DNA from: Anaerolineae bacterium
GTDB lineage: Bacteria; Chloroflexota; Anaerolineae; UBA1429
Direction of reading: 5' to 3'
NCBI GenBank assembly: GCA_963675785.1
Contig: OY776562.1
Location: forward strand, 928,001-992,000
Length of the DNA stretch: 64,000 nucleotides
Made by a program: the position numbers and the translations under genes. The notes beneath the pieces were generated by a model. That model was not told the DNA's origin and searched no databases. It saw nothing but the letters and a program-made list of their open reading frames with translations. This document shows, piece after piece, positions 35,673-44,052 of this stretch; position 1 is the stretch's first letter, and each line of letters begins with the position of its first letter.

Positions 35673-37406
35673 ATGACACCCCCTTCTTTTGTAGATGGCC
35701 AGGTAAGAAACGTACGGCGATTGCGCCAAGTTCAATCGACGCTGTTTCGTTATGGCTTTGATATTGCTGTGGACTCGAGCGGTGTGTACCGCGTCGGTCA
35801 ACTGTTCCGCCGCAGATCCGTACGCAAGAGTGAGATCGTTCGAAAGCATACGACGGCCGAACGACTTCGCCTGCTCCTTGAAGAATTGGGGCCTACCTAC
35901 ATCAAGCTGGGGCAGATTTTGGCGAGTAGGACGGACATGCTTCCCGCAGATTGGACGCGTGAGTTGGCCAATCTGCGGGATAGTGTAGCCACTTTTCCCG
36001 CAGAGCAGGTTCTTGAGGTTCTACATCGGGAACTGGGAGAGAATGCCACAGCGTTGTTTGCGGATTTTGATCCGGCTGCTCCCGTTGCTGCAGCCTCAAT
36101 AGGCCAGGTGCATGCGGCCAAGGCGGCTGTTGGAAGGCAACCCGTGGTCATCAAGATACAGCGGCCAGATGTGGAAAACCAGGTTTATGCGGATATCGAG
36201 ATCATCCGCGATCTCGCTCGAATCCTCGAAGATCAATTCGCCATCGCTCGTGATAACGGGCTGCTAGAAATCGTTGATGAAGTTGCCCAGGCCTTGAAGG
36301 AAGAACTGGACTATCACATTGAGGCGCGCAACGCGATGCAGCTGGCTGCCAACATGGCGCGATTCCCCGGCATTCATGTACCCCATATCTATCAAAATCT
36401 CAGTACCAGGCGTGTACTCACCATGGAACGCATCAACGGCATCAAGATTACAGATGTGGACGCCCTCGATGCCGCCGGTGTGGATCGCGTCGAGCTGGCG
36501 GAGCGCTTTGTACGGGTCATGTTCCATCAGGTGTTGGCGGATGGCTTTTTCCATGCAGATCCTCATCCGGGTAACTTTTTTGTAGATCCTCAGACAGGCG
36601 TGATCAGTATCATTGATCTGGGTATGATGGGTTACCTTGGCAAGCAGCAGCGCGAAGCCATTGGCAGCATGGTGCTAGCTATTCAGGGCAGAGATGCTGC
36701 GCAGGCGACGCGGATTACACTCAAGATCGGGCTGCCTTACCATGATGTCAATAAGGAGCGATTACAAACCGATATTGATAGGCTCATGCAGCGTTATCTT
36801 TCCCAATCACTGGCAGGGTTTTCCTTTAGTGAGGCAATAACGGACATTATGAGTATTGCCCAAAAGCATGGTTTGAGGATGCCGGCCAGTTTTTCTCTGG
36901 CAGGTAAAGCCGCCAGTCAGGCTGAAGAGATTGCGCGGATACTCAATCCCGATATCGAGATTCAGACTATTGTGCGCAGTGTGGCCGAGACGGTCATAAA
37001 GGATCGACTCAAGCCGCCCGAAGTCGCCCGAGAGCTATTCTCTGACGGCATGGAAGCCGTTCGCCTGGTGCGAGAAATGCCGGTCGTTGCCGAAGATGTT
37101 CTCAAGCAAATGCAAGAAGGGCGTTTGCGTCTGCGGCTCTATATTCCAGGTCTCGATGGGGGGGCTTTGGATTTCCGCATCATCGCCTCTCGTCTGACGG
37201 CGGGGCTGATTGTGGCGGGGATGGCCATCGGTTCGGCGACGGCCATGTCGGCTTCTCCTGCCGATACGCAACCCTTTATCCCCGTGATCGGTACGATAGG
37301 ATTCGTTCTTTCCATGGTTCTAGGCGGCCTTATGGTGGTAATGGTGTTTTGGGATCTATGGCGCGCGAATCGCTTGATGCGTCGTGAAAGGCGAAATCAA
37401 CGATGA
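35673..37406 (+). CDS. ABC1/UbiB (AarF) family protein kinase
   Basis: LGPTYIKLGQ, AAASIGQVH, KIQRP, ELDY..E, FHADPHPGN, DLGMMG; C-terminal TM. Confidence 0.92.
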   Translation: MTPPSFVDGQVRNVRRLRQVQSTLFRYGFDIAVDSSGVYRVGQLFRRRSVRKSEIVRKHTTAERLRLLLEELGPTYIKLGQILASRTDMLPADWTRELANLRDSVATFPAEQVLEVLHRELGENATALFADFDPAAPVAAASIGQVHAAKAAVGRQPVVIKIQRPDVENQVYADIEIIRDLARILEDQFAIARDNGLLEIVDEVAQALKEELDYHIEARNAMQLAANMARFPGIHVPHIYQNLSTRRVLTMERINGIKITDVDALDAAGVDRVELAERFVRVMFHQVLADGFFHADPHPGNFFVDPQTGVISIIDLGMMGYLGKQQREAIGSMVLAIQGRDAAQATRITLKIGLPYHDVNKERLQTDIDRLMQRYLSQSLAGFSFSEAITDIMSIAQKHGLRMPASFSLAGKAASQAEEIARILNPDIEIQTIVRSVAETVIKDRLKPPEVARELFSDGMEAVRLVREMPVVAEDVLKQMQEGRLRLRLYIPGLDGGALDFRIIASRLTAGLIVAGMAIGSATAMSASPADTQPFIPVIGTIGFVLSMVLGGLMVVMVFWDLWRANRLMRRERRNQR

Positions 37407-37780
37407 GGCGGTTTATGCAGATCATCGAAGGTATAGTGTGGGCCACAGGCGGCATCTACCTCAACATGGCCGGAGCATTGTGGGTAAGTCGTTTATATTT
37501 ACCAGGCATCATTTTGTCTATGGGGGGATTGTTGATGATGACGTTGGCCCTATCCGCTGGTCATCGGGATGAGGATGGCGTTTTGGGCACCTCTCGGGAC
37601 GGCCAGACCTTTTGGGCGCTACGACTGGCAGGGATCTCCTCGTTGATCATGGGCGCGGCCGGATTTGGTGTGCTGTTCGATTTTGCCGTTGCTGCGCAAA
37701 TGGATGTGGCCCTTCTTGCTCTCGGAGGGGTAGGGTTGTTGGTGAGCGGCTATTTGCTGATACGGCTGTTCCGGCGTTAA
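37403..37780 (+). CDS. Hypothetical 4-TM membrane protein
   Basis: ATGA overlap with the upstream gene; four hydrophobic segments. Confidence 0.7.
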   Translation: MRRFMQIIEGIVWATGGIYLNMAGALWVSRLYLPGIILSMGGLLMMTLALSAGHRDEDGVLGTSRDGQTFWALRLAGISSLIMGAAGFGVLFDFAVAAQMDVALLALGGVGLLVSGYLLIRLFRR

Positions 37781-37788
37781 TCAGCTAG

Positions 37789-37823
37789 AAAAGAGCCCGG
37801 ATGTGAATGTCCGGGCTCTTTTT
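37789..37823. terminator. Intrinsic terminator
   Basis: AAAAGAGCCCGGA...TCCGGGCTCTTTTT. Confidence 0.85.
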
Positions 37824-37827
37824 GCGT

Positions 37828-37879
37828 TTGACAGAAACCAAGTATTACCTATAGTTGTTGTTGCAAGGCCTTGCAATAA
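37828..37879 (+). promoter_or_regulatory. Promoter plus palindromic operator of the fur-family operon
   Basis: TTGACA-16-TATAGT, then TTGTTGCAAGG|CCTTGCAATAA (37858-37879). Confidence 0.65.
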
Positions 37880-37894
37880 GCGAAAGGAACTACT

Positions 37895-38338
37895 ATGTGT
37901 TGTGAGCAAAAGTTTCGTGACATGCTAAAGGAACGAGGACTGCGGCTTACACCCCAGCGCGATATGGTGCTTTGGGCCATGCACCAGCTTTCTGGCCATG
38001 CCACCGTGGAAGAGATTTATGCACTAGTCAGCTCCAAGAGTGCTGCTGTGGACGCTTCGACAGTGTATCGCAGTCTTGAGCTTTTGACAGAGTTCGGTCT
38101 TGTTTCGGTGATCGACTTGGGCGACGGCCAACATCGTTATGAGCTTCTTTCTATTCATGGTGAGCATCATCATTTTTACTGCACAGTTTGCGGCAAGCTA
38201 GAGCGCATTGAGGATTCTGAGTTGCTACCAGCACTGGGCCAGTTTGAAAGGCGTTTTGGCTATGGCATCGAGTTGGAACATGTGATCAAAGGCGTATGTG
38301 ATGTCTGCCGCGCCCAAGGAATTGAGGAGATTGCTTAG
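37895..38338 (+). CDS. Fur-family metalloregulator
   Basis: GLRLTPQR, STVYRSL, HHHFYCTVCG, GVCDVC. Confidence 0.92.
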   Translation: MCCEQKFRDMLKERGLRLTPQRDMVLWAMHQLSGHATVEEIYALVSSKSAAVDASTVYRSLELLTEFGLVSVIDLGDGQHRYELLSIHGEHHHFYCTVCGKLERIEDSELLPALGQFERRFGYGIELEHVIKGVCDVCRAQGIEEIA

Positions 38339-38340
38339 TT

Positions 38341-39948
38341 ATGCGACGTGTGGGTCTTGTCTTGTTACTTGTTAGTACACTCTTGTTAGCGGGCTGTTCT
38401 GCCACTGCAACACCGATATCTGAACCGGCGCCGACAGAAACGACAACGTCGGGCAATGCAGAGGTTCTAGCTACAGCAACGTCTGACTCTGAGGAACAAC
38501 AGACGGCAGAACCTGTAATATTGTATTATCCCGGCAGCGATTGGGGATATCCCTCTCCCTTTGGTGCTTATCTACGTGGACCGGGCTACACCCAGATGTC
38601 GTTTCTTTTTGATACGCTTGTGTGGCGAAACGAAACCGAGGAAATCGGATTGATTGCCACTAAGTGGTCTTCTAGCGAAGATGGGCTCGAATGGACCTTT
38701 GTCATTCGGCCGGATGTCAGTTTTCATGATGGCGAAGCATTGACGATCGAGGATGTTGTCTTTAGCTATACTTTTATTGCTGAGCATTCTACCGAGTTTG
38801 GCTGGAGCGTGGATCTCGCCAATATTGCCTCGGTTGAGGCTGTTTCAGAGGATACGGTCAAGTTTGTGCTGACCAACCCCTCCCCCGATTTCGATGTGGT
38901 TACCGCTGGTGTCGTGCCTATCATTCCCGAGCATGTATGGTCTGCTGTCGATAATCCTGAGGAATACCGTGAGGATGATGCACTGATTGGTTCGGGCCCC
39001 TATACGCTGGAGAGCTATTCGGCTGAAGAGGGCAGCTATGTCTATGTGGCCAATGAGAGCTATTTTTGGGGGAGCCCTGTCGTAGATCGTTTGATCTTTA
39101 CACCCGTTCAGGATTCAGCGTTGGCGCTCGAAACCGGTACTGTTGATGCGGCTTCGTTCAGCGGCAAAGAGGTCTCTGCGGTGAACGAGTTGCTCCAGGA
39201 TACGGATCGTTCGGTCATCGAGGGGATGGACTATTGGGTCTTGCAGATTGTCTTTAATACACAGAGCGGGGTCTTTGCAGACTTAGCGGCCCGCCAAACT
39301 GCTGCTATCAGTGTTGACCGCCAGTCCCTGGTCGATCAGGTGGCACCGGATGGGGCTGTTGTGGCCAACACTGGCATCATCGCTCCCAACTGCGGCTGGT
39401 ATGCCGAATCTGAGAATGTACCCGAGTACGATCCTGACGCCGCAGCGGCTGCTGTACAGGAATTGGGCTTGGATGATCAGGAGGTTTTGCTGATTACCAC
39501 CAGCACTTATGCGCGCGAGGCCGAGCTGATTAAGGCTGATTTGGAAACCGCAGGTTTTGCTGTGACGCTACAGACTGGTGATACCGCTACTGTGGATACA
39601 CTGCTTTCAGAAGGTTCGTTTGATCTGGCTATAAACGGCCATGGCGGCAATGCCCGTACCACCACACTGCGTGTGCCCGACTGGCCGGCGGGGATCTATG
39701 AATCTGCGGCCTATGACGAGCTTTACGCAAAACAAGCCTCAGAGCTGGATGCCGAGCTTCGTGCACAGTATGTAGCCGAGCTTCAGCAGATGGTGACAGA
39801 TGACCTGCCTGTGCTCACCCTGTACCATCCGCGTATGTGGTGCATCTATGATGCCACCGTTTTTGACGGCTGGTTCTTTACTGAAGATGGTTACTCTATG
39901 GGCATTCCCATGGTCCTAAACAAGATGATCTTTATCGAGCAAGAGTAG
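38341..39948 (+). CDS. Nickel/peptide ABC substrate-binding lipoprotein (family 5)
   Basis: Lipobox LAGC, DWGYPSPF, FHDGEALT.EDV.FS, IGSGPY. Confidence 0.88.
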   Translation: MRRVGLVLLLVSTLLLAGCSATATPISEPAPTETTTSGNAEVLATATSDSEEQQTAEPVILYYPGSDWGYPSPFGAYLRGPGYTQMSFLFDTLVWRNETEEIGLIATKWSSSEDGLEWTFVIRPDVSFHDGEALTIEDVVFSYTFIAEHSTEFGWSVDLANIASVEAVSEDTVKFVLTNPSPDFDVVTAGVVPIIPEHVWSAVDNPEEYREDDALIGSGPYTLESYSAEEGSYVYVANESYFWGSPVVDRLIFTPVQDSALALETGTVDAASFSGKEVSAVNELLQDTDRSVIEGMDYWVLQIVFNTQSGVFADLAARQTAAISVDRQSLVDQVAPDGAVVANTGIIAPNCGWYAESENVPEYDPDAAAAAVQELGLDDQEVLLITTSTYAREAELIKADLETAGFAVTLQTGDTATVDTLLSEGSFDLAINGHGGNARTTTLRVPDWPAGIYESAAYDELYAKQASELDAELRAQYVAELQQMVTDDLPVLTLYHPRMWCIYDATVFDGWFFTEDGYSMGIPMVLNKMIFIEQE

Positions 39949-39950
39949 CA

Positions 39951-40919
39951 ATGCGCGTTGTGCAGTACATCATCACGGTGGTCATTATCCTTTGCCTGAA
40001 CTTTTTTCTGCCGCGGTTGATGCCTGGTGATCCCATATCAACTATTCTCAACGAAGCAGGGGCAGATTCGGGGTTGATGCTGACCGAAGAAGCTCGTGCC
40101 GAGCTTCTTGCCCATTACGGGCTGGATTTACCGCTCGATCAACAGCTGCTCCAGTACGTGGAGCAGCTGTTGCATGGCGATTTGGGCTGGTCGATACGGT
40201 ATCGTGCGCCTGTCGCTGATCTATTGGCTAGCCGAGTTCTGTGGACAGTGGGGTTGGTGATGAGCGCCACGCTCATTGCTGCGCTGTTGGGCACGCTTTT
40301 GGGGGTCACGACGGCCACGCACCACGGACGATGGCAGGATTCCACAACAATATCATGCGTAATGGCTCTAGGCTCCTGGCCTAGCTTTGTCGTGGGAGTT
40401 TTGCTTATTCTGGTGTTTGCGGTTTGGCTGGGATGGCTGCCAATCGGGGGCGGGAGCACTTCTGGCGCCTACTATGAGACTGATTTTCAGGCAGCAGGTG
40501 ACATAATCAAGCATGGTCTGTTGCCCTGTCTTTCCCTGATTATCGTTTCTTTGCCTGGCTTTTTCATGGTTGCGCGTACTGCCGCTTTGCGTGCCTTGCA
40601 AGGGGAGTACATTCAAGTTGCAAGGGCCAAAGGACTTGCGGAGCGCCGTATCGTTTGGCGCCACATTTTCCCCAATGCACTGCTGCCAGTGGTTACGGCC
40701 TTGGCTATGCGGCTTGGCTATGCACTTACGGGTGCCATGGCGGTCGAGGTGGTCTTTCAATATCCGGGGATGGGCACGTTGATTTATGAAGCCGCCCATG
40801 CCAGAGACTATGCCCTTCTCCAAGGCACGTTTTTGCTCATTATGCTGACTGTGCTCACCTTTAACTTGTTGGCCGAGATGCTTTATCATCGTTTGGATCC
40901 CCGGTTGCGGCGCTCATGA
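39951..40919 (+). CDS. Nickel/peptide ABC permease (OppB/NikB-like)
   Basis: PRLMPGDP, GDLGWS, ARAKGL, YPGMG, LDPR. Confidence 0.9.
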   Translation: MRVVQYIITVVIILCLNFFLPRLMPGDPISTILNEAGADSGLMLTEEARAELLAHYGLDLPLDQQLLQYVEQLLHGDLGWSIRYRAPVADLLASRVLWTVGLVMSATLIAALLGTLLGVTTATHHGRWQDSTTISCVMALGSWPSFVVGVLLILVFAVWLGWLPIGGGSTSGAYYETDFQAAGDIIKHGLLPCLSLIIVSLPGFFMVARTAALRALQGEYIQVARAKGLAERRIVWRHIFPNALLPVVTALAMRLGYALTGAMAVEVVFQYPGMGTLIYEAAHARDYALLQGTFLLIMLTVLTFNLLAEMLYHRLDPRLRRS

Positions 40920-41731
40920 AAGAGCATACATGGCCTTCTCGCATTGCTTTGGCAGTGCTCGTTATCATAGTTCTGTTCTCACTTGTAGGCCCCTTGTTTC
41001 TCCCTTGGGCGCCTGACGAGCTTGATACACCCTTGTTGGGTCCTACGTCAGATCATCCGCTGGGTACTGATGACGTTGGCGCCGATGTATTGGTGACTTT
41101 GATGACCAGTGCAAGGTTGTCACTGCTCATTGCTGGCGCTTCTTCAATTCTTGGTACATCGCTTGGTACGCTGCTTGGTGTGATTTCGGGCTACTGGCGG
41201 GGTATGGGCATGGTGATCATGCGATTGGTGGACATCTTTATGGCATTGCCGCGTCTGCCGCTCATCATCATGCTTTCGGCTTTTGTACAGCCTGGGGTTG
41301 GTACGCTCGTTGTGTTCTTTGTGCTTTTTGGCTGGCCACAAACAGCGCGGCTGGTGCGTTCGATGACGCTTTCTGAGCGGGAGGCTGGCTATATCGAGTC
41401 AGCCCGTGTGGTGGGGGCGAGGGATAGCCGCATTTTGTTCAGGCATTTGCTGCCGCAGGTTGTGCCGCTGGCTACTACACGTTTTGTGCTCGAGTTTCAA
41501 CACGTCATGATTGCAGAATCGAGCTTGAGTTTCTTGGGGTTGAGCGATCCATCGGTAGCAACTTGGGGACGGATGATTCACTATGCCTTTGAGTGTCCGT
41601 CACTCTACATTTCGGATGTTTGGTGGCGGTGGTTGCTGCCTCCGGCAGCGGCTATTATGCTTGTCGCGCTTTCGCTCAGCCTGTTAAATATGCAGGTTGA
41701 GCGACGATTTCAGCCCTGGTTACAGCGTTGA
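40916..41731 (+). CDS. Nickel/peptide ABC permease (OppC/NikC-like)
   Basis: HPLGTDDVGAD, RHLLP, ESSLSFLG, WG.M. Confidence 0.9.
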   Translation: MKEHTWPSRIALAVLVIIVLFSLVGPLFLPWAPDELDTPLLGPTSDHPLGTDDVGADVLVTLMTSARLSLLIAGASSILGTSLGTLLGVISGYWRGMGMVIMRLVDIFMALPRLPLIIMLSAFVQPGVGTLVVFFVLFGWPQTARLVRSMTLSEREAGYIESARVVGARDSRILFRHLLPQVVPLATTRFVLEFQHVMIAESSLSFLGLSDPSVATWGRMIHYAFECPSLYISDVWWRWLLPPAAAIMLVALSLSLLNMQVERRFQPWLQR

Positions 41732-41808
41732 GGCCACCTGACGGAATGCCCAGAGCTTTTGGGCGATAGGGTTGCTGGTTCGGCTGTTCCAGTATTACTC
41801 AACAAGAA

Positions 41809-41839
41809 AAGGGCCAACCTCGTTAGAGGCTGGCCCTTG
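41809..41839. terminator. Hairpin terminator between convergent operons
   Basis: AAGGGCCAACCTC-gtta-GAGGCTGGCCCTT with an A-run on the left. Confidence 0.6.
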
Positions 41840-41853
41840 CAACGAGGAGAGGA

Positions 41854-42711
41854 TTAGGCTGTGAAGTTGAGAGAACCTGAGCCGAGATCAGCACGGATGA
41901 TGATTTGCCGTTCGGCCGAATCAAAATTGGCCGATTCCCAAGCCCCGGTTTTGGCTTTGTCTCCGCCTGCAGTTCGTATGAGCCCACTCGGTAGGTGAAC
42001 ACCACCTGATCCCCGATGTCCAATGATAATCCGAATGCCGGGATTGCCTGCAACCACGATCTTGGTCGAGCCAGAACCACCATCCAACGTAATGTCTGCA
42101 GAAGTGTTTTCTGAGAGCTTGATGTTCCCGGATCCCGAGCCGGCATCAACGACGAGTTTTAGCGTGGCCGGTGTATCTACCGTCAGCTTGTAGCTGCCAG
42201 AGCTTCCATCTAGGGTTATATGATGATCCCCACCGTTTGGTAGACTGATGCGCAGTGAGCCAGAGCCCCCGTCGATATGACTTGTCAGGGTTTCTCCCGA
42301 ATTGGCAGGCAACACAAGTTTTGACGAGCCCGATCCACCATCGTACTTGAAGGAAGCTAACTGCAATTCACTGAGGTTGGCTGACACAGAGCCCGAGCCG
42401 CCATTGAGTATCAAAGCAATTGGCAAGTCGGGTGAAATTGCGAATTGCCACCTGGCGTCCTGATTGAACATCTGGGCCAACGAAAAATCTTTATGGTGCC
42501 GAAGCGTGACTTTTGCCACACCCCCGGTTTGGGATGTCTGCCAATCTAGTGTGCCCGTATAGTCCAATGAGGCTGTTATCAGATTCTCAGAATCCTGCAG
42601 GGTGTTGATTTCCACCGGCCAGGATGAAAGATTCAGATCAATACGGGCTGATTCGGCACCATCTTTGGCTGCTACGAAATCCTGGTGCTTGAGTTCTGAA
42701 GTAAAGTTCAA
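41854..42711 (-). CDS. Toastrack/DUF4097-like beta-repeat protein
   Basis: TTG start 7 nt after GGAGG; repeated (D/N)GGSGS beta-strand units. Confidence 0.7.
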   Translation of the reverse strand: MNFTSELKHQDFVAAKDGAESARIDLNLSSWPVEINTLQDSENLITASLDYTGTLDWQTSQTGGVAKVTLRHHKDFSLAQMFNQDARWQFAISPDLPIALILNGGSGSVSANLSELQLASFKYDGGSGSSKLVLPANSGETLTSHIDGGSGSLRISLPNGGDHHITLDGSSGSYKLTVDTPATLKLVVDAGSGSGNIKLSENTSADITLDGGSGSTKIVVAGNPGIRIIIGHRGSGGVHLPSGLIRTAGGDKAKTGAWESANFDSAERQIIIRADLGSGSLNFTA

Positions 42712-42817
42712 GATATTGCCTCCTAGAAACCCGATTGATTGCAGATTCGGGCTTTGCTTAAGGCTTCCTGGGACATGGCTGTAGCCATTATCCCAAGACA
42801 AAGCTGAAAGTGTCGTG

Positions 42818-43552
42818 CTACACTGCAAACGGGTCGCCTTCTTCTTGCTCGCTTACATTGTCGCGATCGACGCCATGGCTGCGCAGCCAAGCATCCAGAT
42901 CGACTTTGCGCAAATCTGCGCCAGACACCTTTAGACCTTCAGCACGAATATTGTTGAGGTCGATGCCCCGCAAGTCACTGCCCCAAAAGGCGCATTTGTG
43001 AAGCACAGCATGGTCCATCTTGATGCCGCGCAAATCTGCGCCAGTAAAGCTGGATTTCTGCAGATCAGCGTTGCGCATTTTGGCATTTCGCAGATCGGTC
43101 CCCATGAAACGTGCCTTGCGCAGGTCGGCACCACGTAAATCTGCGTCGCGCAAATCGCAGCCCATAAACAGGGCTCCCTCAAAGCGGGCTCCAGCCAGCT
43201 TGGCACCATTGAGATCGCATCCCATGAAGGGGAAGAGATTCTTAATCTTCACGCTTTGACGAATTCCTTCTGCGACCGTGGCACCAAGTCCAGAAAGTGT
43301 CTCACCAATGTTGGTGCCGAGCTCCTCGCCCAAATCCTCAAAGCCCTCACCAAAGGAATTACCTTGGAAATCTTCGTTTAGGCCGAAAGGTTCGTCATCA
43401 GACGTGTACTCTTCTTCTGGATCGAGCCGTGATGTCTTTTGATAGGAAGGTTCGTCATCGCCGTCCATTTTGGAAAGCAATTCATTGGCTTCTTCAGGCG
43501 AAATACTACCCTCTTGAACCATTTTCAAGATACGCATTGTCTGGTCATCCAT
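42818..43552 (-). CDS. SHOCT-like N-terminal domain plus pentapeptide-repeat protein
   Basis: RILKMVQEGSISPEEANELL, then A(D/K)LRG-type pentapeptides. Confidence 0.85.
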   Translation of the reverse strand: MDDQTMRILKMVQEGSISPEEANELLSKMDGDDEPSYQKTSRLDPEEEYTSDDEPFGLNEDFQGNSFGEGFEDLGEELGTNIGETLSGLGATVAEGIRQSVKIKNLFPFMGCDLNGAKLAGARFEGALFMGCDLRDADLRGADLRKARFMGTDLRNAKMRNADLQKSSFTGADLRGIKMDHAVLHKCAFWGSDLRGIDLNNIRAEGLKVSGADLRKVDLDAWLRSHGVDRDNVSEQEEGDPFAV

Positions 43553-43955
43553 CTGTTTTTTCCTCCTCGTGTGTGTGGGGTTCTAGAGACTCAAATTCGG
43601 CAGCGGCTTCTTCGGCATCGATCTCCCCACTACGTAGGCGATCGAGGATGTCCATGCGAGCTTGTTTTCTCATGTCAGCTTCAGCTTCGTCTTGACCAAA
43701 ACCCATCTCTGCGATAACCTCATTAAGACGAGCTCGAAGCGTCCAATAAGACATGTTGTACTCGCGTTCCATCTCTTTGAGATTGCCCCGATGCCGTATA
43801 AAGGCTGTGATGAAATTCTGGCTCTGCGTCGATAACTTGCAGAATTCGCAGGGTTCATAGCGCGCCAGAATGACGGTTTCACAGTTCGTACAGGCAAGCC
43901 GGGTCACCTCAAGATCACCACCACAATTTGGGCAACGTCCTAGTATTTTTGCCAT
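43545..43955 (-). CDS. DUF2089 protein (Zn-ribbon, HTH, SHOCT-like)
   Basis: CPNCGG.L.VTRL.C..C, RGNLKEMERE..MSYWTLRARL, IL.RL.SGEIDAEEA. Confidence 0.88.
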   Translation of the reverse strand: MAKILGRCPNCGGDLEVTRLACTNCETVILARYEPCEFCKLSTQSQNFITAFIRHRGNLKEMEREYNMSYWTLRARLNEVIAEMGFGQDEAEADMRKQARMDILDRLRSGEIDAEEAAAEFESLEPHTHEEEKTDG

Positions 43956-43975
43956 AAGTGCCTCCTTTGTTGATT

Positions 43976-44016
43976 ATATTAGCAAAATACCATCAAATTG
44001 TCAAGCATTTGCTTGA
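43976..44016 (-). promoter_or_regulatory. Promoter of the DUF2089 operon with a palindrome over the -35
   Basis: Minus strand TTGACA-17-TAATAT with TG extension; TCAAGCA-TT-TGCTTGA at 44001-44016. Confidence 0.55.
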
Positions 44017-44052
44017 ATTATTTTGGCATTCACTAAAGAGGATTAGGCATTC

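Noticed and set aside
42712-42828. N-terminal extension of the Toastrack ORF
   Set aside because: Overlaps the upstream stop and two intergenic hairpins; GGAGG supports the TTG start at 42711
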